Of a DNA stretch of 64,000 bases, positions 31,852-44,100 are shown piece by piece (the first letter of the stretch is position 1; each line of letters begins with the position of its first letter). The stretch covers positions 17,734,001 to 17,798,000 of the forward strand of contig CM075987.1 in the NCBI GenBank assembly GCA_038087875.1. Direction: 5' to 3'. Below the pieces are notes generated by a model, which was given only the letters and a program-made list of their open reading frames with translations, did no database searches and was not told the origin of the DNA. This DNA comes from Malacoraja senta. Its lineage: Eukaryota. A program made the translations under genes and the position numbers.

Positions 31852-34800
31852 AATGCCTTTTTACTTCAACCCAAAACGCTGAAACAACCATTTGCAGTGC
31901 CTTTTACTTCAACCCAAAAACCCCGAGCAACCATCTGCAGTGCATTTTCACTTCAACCCAAAACCCCCAAACAACCATTTGCAGTGCCTTTTTACTTCAA
32001 CCCAAAAAAACCCAAACAACCATTTGCAGTGCCTTTTTACTTCAACCCAAGCCCCCCAAATAACAATTTGCAGTGCCTTTTTACTTCAACTTAAAAAACC
32101 CCAAACAACCATTTGCAGTGCCTTTTACTTCAACCCAAAACCTCCAAGCAACCATTTGCAGTGCCTTTTTACTTCAACCCAAACCCCCCCCCCCCAACAA
32201 CCATTTGCAGTGCCTTTTTACTTCAACCCAAAAAAACCCAAACAACCATTTGCAGTGCCTTTTTACTTCAAACCAAAACCCCCCCAAACAACCATTTGCA
32301 GTGCCTTTTTACTTCAACCCAAAAACCCCCAAACAACAATTTGCAGTGCCTTTTTACTTCAACCCAAAGCCCCCCAAAAAACCATTTCCAGTGCATTTTT
32401 ACTTCAACCCTAAACCCCCCAAACAACCATTTGCAGTGCCTTTTTACTTCAACCCAAATTCCCCCAAACAACCATTTGCAGTGCCTTTTTACTTCAACCC
32501 CAAAAAAACCCAAACATCCATTTGCAGTGCCTTTTTACTTCATCCCAAACTCCCCAAACAACCATTTGCATTGCCTATTTACTTTAACCCAAAACCTCCC
32601 CAAACAACCATTTGCAGTGCCTTTTTACTTCAACCCAAACCCCCCAAACAACCATTTGCAGTGCCTTTTTACTTCAACCCAAAACCCCCACACAACCATT
32701 TGCAGTGTCTTTTACTTCAACCCAAAACCCCCCAAACAATCATTTGCAGTGCCTTACTTCAACCCAAAAAACCCCAAACAACAATTTGCAGTGCCTTTTT
32801 ACTTCAACCCCAAATCCCCCCAAACAACCATTTGCAGTGCCTTTTTACTTCAACCCAAAACCCCCCAAACAACCATTTGCAGTTCCTTTTTACTTCAACC
32901 CCAAAACCCCCAAACAACCATTTGCAGTGCCTTTTTACTTCAACCCAAAAAACCCCAAACAACCATTTGCAATGCCTTTTTACTTCAACCCAAACCCCCC
33001 AAATAACTATTTGCAGTGCCATTTTACTTCAACTTAAACCCCCCAAACAACCATTTGCAGTGCCTTTTACTTCAACCCAAAACCCCCAAGCAACCATCTG
33101 CAGTGCATTTTCACTTCAACCCAAAACCCCCAAGCATCGATCTGCAGTGCCTTTTCACTTCAACCCAAAACACCCCAAACAACCATTTGCAGTGCCTTTT
33201 TACTTCAACCCAAAAACCCCCAAACAACCATTTGCAGTTCCTTTTTACTTCAACCCCAAAACCCCCAAACAACCATTTGCAGTGCCTTTTTACTTCAAAC
33301 CAAAAAAAAACAAATAACCATTTGCAGCGCCTTTTTACTTCAACACAAAAAACCCCAAATAACCATTTGCAGTGCCTTTTTACTTCAACCCAAAACCCCC
33401 CAAACAACCATTTGCAGTGCCTTTTTACTTGAACCCCCCCAAAAAAAAAAACATTTGCAGTGCCTTTTTACTTCAAACCAAAAGCCCCCAAACAACCATT
33501 TGCAGTGCCTTTTTACATCAACCCAAAACCCCCCAAACAACAATTTGCAGTGCCTTTCTACTTCAACCCAAACCCCCCCAAACAACCATTTGCAGTGCCT
33601 TTTTACTTCAAAGCAAAACCCCCCAAACAAACATTTGCAGTGCCTTTTTACTTCAACCCAAAACCCCGCAAACAACCATTTGCAGTGCCTTTTTACTTCA
33701 ACCCCAAACCCCCCAAACAAACATTTGCAGTGCCTTTTTACTTCAACCCTAAACCCCCAAACAACCATTTGCGGTGCCTTTTTACTTCAACCCAAACCCC
33801 CCCAAACAAACATTTGCAGTGCCTTTTTACTTCAACCCAAAACCTCACAAACAGCCATTTGCAGGGCCTTTTTACTTCAACCTAAACCCCCAAACAATCA
33901 TTTGCAGTGCCTTTTTACTTCAACCCAAAACCTCCCAAACAACCATTTGCAGTGCCTTTTTACTTCAACCCAAAACCCCCCAAATAACCATTTGCAGTGC
34001 CTTTTTACTTCAACCCAAAACCCCCCAAACAACAATTTGCAGTGCCTTTTTACTTCAACCCAAAACCCCCAAGCAACCATCTGCAGTGCATTTTCACTTC
34101 AACCCAAAACCCCCAAGCATTCATCTGCAGTGCATTTTCACTTCAACCCAAACCCCCCCAAACAACAATTTGCAGTGCCTTTTTACTTCAACCCAAACCT
34201 CCCCAAAAAAACATTCCAGTGCATTTTTACTTCAACCCTAAACCCCCCCAAACAACCATTTTCAGTGCCTTTTTACTTCAACCCAAAAAAAAATAAACCA
34301 TTTGCAGTGCCTTTTTACTTCATCCCCAAACCCCCTCAAACAACCAGTTGCAGTGCTTTTTACTTCAAACCAAAACTACCCCAAACAACCATTTGCAGTG
34401 CCTTTTTTAATTCAACCTAAATCCCCCCAAACAACCATTTGCAGTGCCTTTTTACTTCAAACCAAAACCCCCAAAACAACAATTTGCAGTGCCTTTTTAC
34501 TTCAACCCAAACCCCCCAAACAACCATTTGCAGTGCCTTTTTACTTCAACCCAAACAACCATTTGCAGTGCCTTTTTACTTCAACCCAAAAAAAACCAAA
34601 CAACCATTTACAGTGCCTTTTTACTTCAACCCCCCAAAAAACCAAACAATCATTTGCAGTGCCTTTTTACTTCAACCCAAAAAAAACCTAAAACCATCTG
34701 CAGTGCATTTTCACTTCAACCCAAAACCCCCAAACAACCATTTGCAGTGCCTTTTTACTTCAACCCAAAAAACCTCCAAGCAACCATTTGCAGTGCCTTT

Positions 34801-35211
34801 TTACTTCAACCCAAAACCCCCCCAACAAACATTTCCAGTGCATTTTTACTTCAACCCTAAACCCCCCAAACAACCATTTGCAGTGCCTTTTTACTTCAAC
34901 CCAAAAAACCCCAAACAACCATTTGCAGTGCCTTTTTACTTCAACCCAAACCCCCCAAATAACAATTTGCAGTGCCTTTTTACTTCAACCCAAACCCCCC
35001 CCAACAACCATTTGCAGTGCCTTTTTACTTCAACCCAAAAACCCCCAAACAACCATTTGCAGTGCCTTTTTACTTCAAACCAAAACCCCCCAAACAACCA
35101 TTTGCAGTGCCTTTTTACTTCAACCCAAAAACCCCAAAAACAACAATTTGCAGTGCCTTTTTACTTCAACCCAAAGCCCCCCCCCAAAACATTTCCAGTG
35201 CATTTTTACTT
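31852..35211 (+). repeat. 45-bp satellite, block 3
   Basis: Same monomer, running to the gap. Confidence 0.97.
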
Positions 35212-35411
35212 NNNNNNNNNNNNNNNNNNNNNNNNNNNNNNNNNNNNNNNNNNNNNNNNNNNNNNNNNNNNNNNNNNNNNNNNNNNNNNNNNNNNNNNNN
35301 NNNNNNNNNNNNNNNNNNNNNNNNNNNNNNNNNNNNNNNNNNNNNNNNNNNNNNNNNNNNNNNNNNNNNNNNNNNNNNNNNNNNNNNNNNNNNNNNNNNN
35401 NNNNNNNNNNN
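35212..35411. other. Assembly gap of 200 N
   Basis: 200 consecutive n; the round length suggests a placeholder of unknown true size. Confidence 0.99.
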
Positions 35412-35772
35412 TGTTAAGGGTTTGGACACGCTAGACGCAGGAAACATGGTCCCGATGTTGGGGGAGCCCAGAACCAGGGGCCACAGTTTAAGAATAAGGG
35501 GTAAGCCATTTAGAACGGAGACGAGGAAACACTTTTTCACACAGAGAGTGGTGAGTCTGTGGAATTATCTGCCTCAGAGGGCGGTGGAGGCCTGTTCTCT
35601 GGATGCTTTCAAGAGAGAGCTAGATAGGGCTCTTAAAGATAGCGGCCTCAGGGGATATGGGGAGAAGGCAGGAACGGGGTACTGATTGGGGATGATCAGC
35701 CATGATCACATTGAATGGCGGTGCTGGCTCGAAGGGCCGAATGGTGTACTCCTGCACCTATTGTCTATTGTC
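35412..35772 (+). mobile_element. CR1 3' end, duplicate of 14212-14572
   Basis: Appears identical at offset 21,200. Confidence 0.93.
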
Positions 35773-36093
35773 CAGACAGAATAAGTATCTTCCATCACAT
35801 CCCTCTTCTATGAGTAAGCCCGTTCTGAATCCATACAGCCAAGTCATTGTCATACAGGGATGTAAACAGGTCCTTCGGCCCAACTTGCCCATGCTGACCA
35901 ACATGCCCCACCTACACTAATCCGACCTGCCTGCGCTTGGCCACTCTCACTGTGAGTGTAGTCACTCTGGCTGTTTCACTTAGGCATACGTTCCTTTTAT
36001 CTGCAGCTGTTAATTAGCCAAGTAGCCAACCTGTGTGACTTGCCTTGTTAACCGACTCGCGTTCTGGCTGAACTTTGATTTCTCTTATTACAG

Positions 36094-36178
36094 AGGAGGC
36101 TATTTTAATGACGGAGTCGCTGGGCAGGCATCATTTGAGAGCATGTGTTCTGTAAAAGGATCTGGAGGCGTCAACATG
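36094..36178 (+). CDS. ADAM exon D, second copy
   Basis: Same sequence and splice sites as 14893-14977. Confidence 0.85.
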
Positions 36179-36234
36179 GTGAGCACCCATTCCTCTTGCT
36201 TCCCCGTCCCGGGGCTGGGCCAACTTGGTCAACT

Positions 36235-36929
36235 TTGCTCCCTCCGTAACTCCCTGGTCAATTCTTCCCTTCCCTCCCACACCACCCCCTCCCCGGGCAC
36301 TTTCCCCTTGCAACTGCAAGAGATGCTATAATTGTCGCTTTACCTCCCCCCTTCGACTCCATTCAAGGACCCAAGCAGTCGTTCCAGGTGCGACAGAGGT
36401 TCACCTGCACCTCCTCCAACCTCATCTATTGCATCCGCTGCTCTAGATGTCAGGTGCTCCACATCGGTGAGACGAAGCGTAGGCTTGGCGATCGTTTCGC
36501 CGAACACCTCCCCTCGGTCCGCATTAACCAACCTGATCTCCCGGTGGCTTAGCACTTCAACTCCCCCGCCCATTCCGAATCTGACCTTTCTGTCCTGGGC
36601 CTCCTCCATGGCCAGAGTGAGCACCACCGGAAATTGGAGGAGCAGCACCTCAAATTTGCTTGGGCAGTTTATACCCCAGCAGCCTGAACATTGACTTCTC
36701 CAATTTCCGCTAGCCCTTGCTGTCTCCTCCCCTTCTCAGCTCTCCCTCAGCCCTCTGGCTCCTCCTCTTCCTTTCTTCTTCCTGCCCCCCCACACATCAG
36801 TCTGAAGAAGGGTTTTGGCCTGAAACATTGCCTATTTCCTTCGCTCCATAGATGCTGCTGCACCCCCTGAGTTTCTCCAGCACTTTTGTCAACCTTCCAT
36901 TTTCCAGCATCTGCAGTTCCTTCTTAAAC
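36235..36929 (+). mobile_element. Penelope-like GIY-YIG fragment, second copy
   Basis: Near-identical to 15035-15730. Confidence 0.85.
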
Positions 36930-37833
36930 TTTTACGGTGCAGCCTGAACAACCTGAGGCTTATAGACATGTGGTTGAAGTAATTGTTTCGCGACGGGAAG
37001 AGTAGTGCGGGTCTGTCTGGACATCAGCCGTTGAGCCAGGGAACCGAGTGTGGAATTGCACAGATTATTGAGGAGATCCATAAATATGTCAGACCAGGCT
37101 CTGCTGGTCCTCTCAAGGACCTGTCTTGCACTGCGGACAGCACGCTCAGCCAGTCCATTCGATTGAGGATATTTATAAGAAGTTAAACGACTGAGTGCCA
37201 GCCAACTTCTGACACCATGTAAAAAAATGTGATGACACTCATTCTATTAACTTCTTATAAAGTATTTTATTTAAAAATACGTGTTGAGACCATAGCATTA
37301 GCATCTGTCAGGTACTGCATCGTAGATCAAACTGACCTTAGCTAATGCATACCGCAAGATGGCATTGTGGAAACCCAGCATGGTCCATGGATCAGATCGG
37401 TAATAGTAAATCCAGCAATAGTGACTGATCTACATCCGACATCTTGTATAACTAAACATAACATCCCAACGTTTATATTCAATTCCCTGACTGATGAAGA
37501 CCAGCATGCCAAAAGCCTTCTCACCACCCTATCTAACTGAGATGCCACTTTCAAGGAACTATGTATCTGTATTCCTAGATCTCTCTCGTCTACAACATTC
37601 TCAATGACCCTCCCACTGTCAAGGTCCTGCCCTAGTTCACCTTCCCAATTTGCAACATCTTCCACATCTAAGTTAAACTCCATTTGGCGGTCCTCTGCCC
37701 ATTTGTACAGCCCGATCAAGATCCCACTGCAATTCTTGAATTCTTGCAATTCATCTTCACTGCCTACTATTTTATGCAGAGTTCTTGTGCAATGTTGGAG
37801 TGTACTAAAGATGTTGATTCTGCCTCCTCCCAG

Positions 37834-37976
37834 GACAGTAATAGGAACTTTCTGTCAGTTACTGCAACGTTTTCCCACGAGCTCGGACACAATCTCGGAA
37901 TGTTTCACGACACCGAAGAGCGGAAATGTAAATGCCCATTCCCGAATGTTGCCTGCATCATGCAACCTGCACTGGG
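37834..37976 (+). CDS. ADAM exon E (catalytic zinc motif), second copy
   Basis: Same sequence and splice sites as 16623-16765. Confidence 0.88.
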
Positions 37977-38191
37977 GTAGGAATATTTCAACTTTGCCGC
38001 TGGTTAAAATACACGAGAGGAAGTGGAAAGCTAGAGAGGAAATTGCAGGGGTGAAATTGATGAGTCGTCATTAAATGAAGGTGAGATGAGGAAGTTTAGA
38101 GGGTGGCAAATATTGTGCCCCTTTTCAAGAAGGGCAGCGGGAAACATGCTGGGAACTCGTCAAGAGTCAAGTCGAGCATTTTATTGTCATA

Positions 38192-39266
38192 CTAGACTAA
38201 GTGGGACCCATTGGGTCCCATGTTCACACGGGAGGGCTGGTCCCCCGACGCAATATTCCACCTCTCCACCAATTCCAATATTGGTGGCCAGTGGGGGGGG
38301 GGGGCTCTCTGGAGTGCTGGTTTGGGTGTTGTTGGCTGCAGGGACTACTGGTCTCCAGAGGGCTAGTATGGACATTGTGGGTAAAATGGATTCTTGGGGT
38401 GGCAGCTCAGTCCCTCAAGCCTGATGTGCTGGCAGCTCACTCATGGCTGGTGGGCTGGCAGTTGACTCAGGGCTATTCCTTGAAATTCCATTTCAAGCAG
38501 AGTGCAAGGCCACCAAATTCAAATCCATTTTCCTACCATTTCAAGCAGGGTGCAAGGCCACCAAATTCAAGTGCAGTTTCTTACCTCTTTGAGCAGGGTG
38601 CAAGGCCACAAAATTCAAGTGCAGTTTCAAACCACTTCAAGCAGGGTGCAAGGCCACCAAATTCAAGTGCAGTTTCATACCACTTCAAGCAGGGTGCAAG
38701 GCCACCAAATTCAAGTGCAGTTTCATACCATTTCAAGGAGGGTGCAAGGCCACCAAATTCAAATGCAGTTTCATACCATTTCATGCAGTGTGCAACGACA
38801 TCACATTCAAATGCAGTTTCATACCATTTCATGCAGGGTGCAAGGCCACCAAATTCAAATGCAGTTTTATACCATTTCAAGCAGGGTGAAAACACCAGAA
38901 AACCACAAAAATATCACACTCACAGTTCAGTAGACATTCAGTGTGTTCAGTTGATTCACAGCTCAGATAGTGTTGTGACCTCTCCCTCCCCCATCATGCA
39001 GAGACTGAGCCACACCCACACTTCCGGGTTTTATAATCCCTCCCGCTCCCACCGGAAAAGGTGTGGCCTTCATGGCGTGATTGACAGGAGAGAGATTCTC
39101 AACATTTTTTAACACTAATATCACTTTTATTTTTCATTGATGGGAAGAATCCTCTGCACCTGATGAGCAGAGGGCGACTGAGTAAGATGGCCAAAAATCA
39201 CAGCTGTACGTGGCAGCGTTTTATCTAAAATTAATATAGTGCAAACAGGAAGTTGTAAAGTTTAGA
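38192..39266 (-). mobile_element. Probable Helitron 3' end, second copy, with 48-bp repeat at 38488-38888
   Basis: CTAG at 38192-38195, hairpin at 38202-38220. Confidence 0.7.
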
Positions 39267-39878
39267 CAAACAACCATTTGCAGTGCCTTTTACTTCAACA
39301 TAAAACCCTCAAGCAAACATCTGCAGTGCCTTTTCACTTCAACCCAAAACCCCCAAACAACCATCTGCAGTGCCTTTTCACTTCAACGCAAAATCTCCAA
39401 ACAACCATCTGCAGTGCTTTTTCACTTCAACCCAAAACCCCCCAAACAACCCTTTGCCGTGCCTCTTTACTTCAACCCAAAACCCCCTAAACAACCATTT
39501 GCCATGCATTTTTACTTCAACCCAAAACCCCCCAAACAACCATTTTCAGTGCCTTTTCACTTCAACCCTAAACACCCCCAAACAACCATTTGCAGTGCCT
39601 TTTTACTTCAACCCAAAAAAACCCAAACAACCATTTGCAGTGCCTTTTTTCTTCAACCCAAAAACCCCTGTTCAGCCATTTGCAGTGCCTTTTTACTTCA
39701 ACTCAAAACCCCCAAACAACCATTTGCAGTGCCTTTTTACTTCAAACCAAACCCCCCAAACAACCATTTACAGTGCCTTTTTACTTGAAACCAAAACCCC
39801 CCAACCAACCATTTGCAGTGCCTTTTTACTTCAACCCAAATCCCCCAAACAACCATTTGCAGTGCCTTTTTACTTCAA
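39267..39878 (+). repeat. 45-bp satellite, block 1 of copy 2
   Basis: Same monomer. Confidence 0.97.
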
Positions 39879-41118
39879 TTCAATTCAATTCCTTTATTGT
39901 CATCTTGCAAGCAACAGTTGTGCAGTGGAAAACGAAAAGACGTTTCCCAGGGAATACCGGAGCATCGCACATGAAGTTTAAAACATTTCACACATAATAA
40001 CACTAAAACCAATCCAGTCCCTGATGGAACAGTATAAAGTTAAAATAGATCAAAACAACGATAAAATACAGTAAGACCAATCATACACATGTCCGGGGTG
40101 GCTGATTTGAGTGGCCAGTGCCAGTTATTGAAGTGGCCAGTGCCAGTTATTATAGTGTCTGTACCAAGCCGCAGAATCAGGTGACTGTGAGTACAGAGTG
40201 GCTGTTTAGCAACCTCACAGCATATGGCAGGAAGCTGTTTAGCAGTCTTGTAGTCCGGGCTTTGATGCTGCGATATCTCTTGCCTGATGGCAGGAGATCC
40301 AGGTGTATGTGGAGGGGGTGCAGTTTGTCCTTAGCAATTCTCTGAGCTTTTTTCCAACAGCGGCTCAGGAACAGTTCTTGTACCGAGGGTAGGGAGACGC
40401 CAATGATCTTCTCTGCTCCCCTCACTACCCTCTGCAGAGCCTTCCTGTCCAAGCAGTTGCAGGTGGAGTACCACGTATTTAAACAGTACGTGAGTACAGA
40501 CTCCACCGTACCCCTGTAGAAAGTCCTGAGGATGTTGGTGGGGAGTGAGGCCTGTTTTAGTTTCCTCAGGAAGTGCAGTCGCTGATGGGCCCTTTTGATG
40601 GTCCCAGTGGTGTTTCTGGACCAGGTGAGGCTGTCTGTAATTTGCACCTCGAGGAACTTTATGCTCTCCACTCTCTCCACTGTGGTGCCACTGTTGTTAA
40701 GGGGTGCATGCTTTGGCTGCGCCCTCCTGAAGTCGACAACCATCTCCTTTGTTTTGTCGACATTTAATTCTAGATTATTTTTGCCACACCAGTCCACTAG
40801 TTGTTTAATTTCCTCCCTGTACATTGATTCATCATCTCCGCTGATGAGTCCCACCACTGTTGTGTCATCCGCGAATTTTATGATCTTATTGTCCCTGAAT
40901 CTGGCAGCACAGTCATGTGTGAGCAATGTGAACAACAGCGGGCTGAGCACACAGCCTTGAGGGGAGCCGGTGCTCAGCGTGATCGAGCCTGAAGTGTTCT
41001 TGCCAACACGGACTGACTGCGGTCTCTCTGTCAGAAAGTCCAAGATCCAGTGACACAGGGTAGTGTTGAGGCCCAGCAGGGTTAGTTTCTCCACAAGTCT
41101 CTGTGGGACGATGGTGTT
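39879..41118 (-). mobile_element. Rex1/Babar-type LINE, second copy
   Basis: ORF 40177-41352 has the same translation as 18966-20141. Confidence 0.9.
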
Positions 41119-41142
41119 CTTCAACCAAAAAAAAACTGATGA

Positions 41143-44100
41143 TACTTCAACCCAAAACCCCCCAAACAACCATTTGCATTGCCATTTTACTTCAACCCAA
41201 ATCCTCCCAAACAACCATTTGCAGTCCCTTTTTACTTCAACCCAAAACCCCCCAAACAACCATTTGCCGTGCCTTTTATCTTCAACCCAAACCCTCCCAA
41301 ACAACCATTTGCAGTGCCTTTTAACTTCAACCCAAAACCCCCAAACAACCATTTGCAGTGCCTTTTTACTTCAACCCAAAACCGCCCAACCAACCAATTG
41401 CAGTGCTTTTTACTTCAACCAAAACCCTCCAAACAACCATTTGCCGTGCCTTTTTACTTCAACCCAAACCCCCCCCAAACAACCAATTGCAGTGCCTTTT
41501 TACTTCAACCCCCAAAAAAACTCACAGCCATTTGCAGTGCATTTTAACTTCAACCCAAAACCCCTCAAACAACCATTTGCAGTGCCTTTTTACTTCAACC
41601 CAAAAACCGCCAAACAACAATTTGCAGTGCCTATTTACTTCAAACCAAAACCCCCCAAAAAGCCAGTTGCATTGCCTTTTTACTTCAACCCAAAACCCGC
41701 CAAACAAACATTTGCAGTGCCTCTTTACATCAACTCAAAACCCCCCAAACAACCATTTACAGTGCCTTTTTACCTCAACCCAAACCCCCCAAACAACCAT
41801 TTGCAGTGCCTTTTAACTTCAACCCAAAAACACTCAAACAACCATTTGCAGTGCCTTTTTACTTCAACGCCAAACCCCCCAAACAACCATTTGCAGTGCC
41901 TTTTTACTCCAACCCAAAACCCCCCAAACAACCATTTGCATTGCCTTTTTACTTCAACCCAAAAAACCCCAAACAACCATTTGCAGTGCCTTTTTTTACT
42001 TCAACCCAAATCCCCCCAAACAACCATTTGCAGTGCCATTTTACTTCAACTCAAAACGCCCCAAACAACCATTTGCAGTTCCTTTTTACTTCAACCCAAA
42101 CCCCCCAAACAACCATTTGCAGCGCCTTTTTGCTTCAAACCAAAACCTACCAAACAACCATTTGAAGTGCCTTTTTACTTCAACCCAAAACCCCCCAAAC
42201 AACCATTTGCAGTGCCTTTTTACTTCAACCCAAAACGTCCCAAACAACCAATTGCAGTGCCTTTTTACTTCAACCCAAATCTCCCCAAACAACCATTTGC
42301 AGTGCTTTTTTACTTCAAACCAAAAGCCCCCATTCAACCATTTGCAGTGCCTAATTAGTTCAACCCAAAACCTCCCCAAAAAACCATTTGCAGTGCCTTT
42401 ATACTTCAACCCAATCCCCCCAAACAACCATTTGCAGTGCCTTTTTTACTTCAACCCAAAACCCCCCAAATAAACATTTGCAGTGCCTTTTTAATTCAAC
42501 CCAAAAAAAAAACACAACCATTTGCAGTTCCTTTTTACTTCAACCCAAAACCCCCCAAAAAACCCATTTGCAGTGCATTTTTACTTCAAACCAAAACTCC
42601 CCAAACAACCATTTGCAGTCCCTTTTTACTTCAACCCAAAACCCCCCAAACAACCATTTCCAGTGCATTTTTACTTCAACCCAAAACCACCTAAACAACC
42701 GTTTGCATTGCCTTTTTACTTCGACCCAAAACCCCCCAAACAACCATTTGCAGTGCCTTTTTATTTCAACCCAAAACCCCCAAGCAACCATCTGCAGTGC
42801 TTTTCACTTCAACCCAAAACCCCCAAGCATCCATTTACAGTGCCTTTTTACTTCAACCCCAAACAACCATTTGCAGTGCCTTTTTACGTCAACCCAAAAC
42901 CCACCAAACAACAATTTGCAGTGCCTTTTTACTTCAACTCAAAACCCACCAAACAGCCATTTGCAGTGCCTTTTTTCTTCGACCCAAAACCCCCCAAACA
43001 ACCATTTGCAGTGCCTTTTTTAATTCAACCCAAATCCCCCCAAACAACCATTTGCAGTGCCTTTTTACTTCAACTCAAAACCCCCAAAACAACAATTTGC
43101 AGTGACTTTTTACTTCAAACCAAAACCCCCCAAACAACCATTTGCAGTGCCTTTTTACTTCAACCCAAACACCCCCAAACAACCATTTGCAGTGCCTTTT
43201 TACTTCAACCCCAAAAAAAACAAACAACCATTTGCAGTGCCATTTTACTTCAACCCAAAAACCCCCAAACAACCATTTGCAGTGCCTTTTTACTTCAACC
43301 CAAAACACCCAAAACAACCATTTGCAGTGCCTTTTTACTTCAACCCAAAACCCCCCAAATCAACAATTTGCAGTGACTTTTTACTTCAACCCAAAAACCC
43401 CCAAACAACCATTTGCAGTCCCTTTTTACTTCTACCCCAAAAAAATCAAACAACCATTTGCAGTGCCTTTTTACTTCAACCCAAACCACCCAAACAAACA
43501 TTTGCAGTGCCTCTATACTTCAACCTAAATCCCCAAACAACCATTTGAAGTGCCTTTTTATTTCAACGCAAACCACTCAAACAACCATTTGCAGTGCCTT
43601 TTTACATCAACCCAAAACCCTCAAACAACCATTTGCAGTGCCTTTTTACTTCAACTTAAAAAAACCCAAACAACCATTTGCAGTGCCTTTTACTTCAACC
43701 CAAAATCCCCAAGCAACCATCCGCAGTGCATTTTCACTTCAACCCAAAACCCCCAAGCATCCATCTGCAGTGCATTTTCACTTCAACCCAAAACCTACAA
43801 GCATCCATCTGCAGTGCCTTTCACTTCAACCCAAAACACCCCAAACAACCATTTGCAGTGCCTTTTTACTTCAACCCAAAACCCCCCCAAACAACCATTT
43901 TCAGTGCCTTTTTACTTCAACCCAAAAAAAACCAAACAACCATTTTCAGTGCCTTTTTACTTCAACGTGAAACTCCCCCAAACAACCAGTTGCAGTGCTT
44001 TTTACTTCAACCCAAAACCCCCCCAAACAACCATTTGCAGTGCCTTTTTTAATTCAACCCAAATCCCCCCAAACAACCATTTGCAGTGCCTTTTTACTTC

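Larger units (their letters stand above)
14212..35211 (+). repeat. Duplicated segment, copy 1 (exactly 21,000 bp up to the gap)
   Basis: Post-gap sequence 35412 tgttaagggtttggacacg matches 14212 and stays colinear through exons, PLE, Helitron end, Rex1, satellite and CR1. Confidence 0.95.

Noticed and set aside
19932..35211. CRISPR-like pattern of conserved core plus variable spacer
   Set aside because: The variable parts are short A/C homopolymer variants of one sequence, not unique spacers; no cas genes; eukaryotic context
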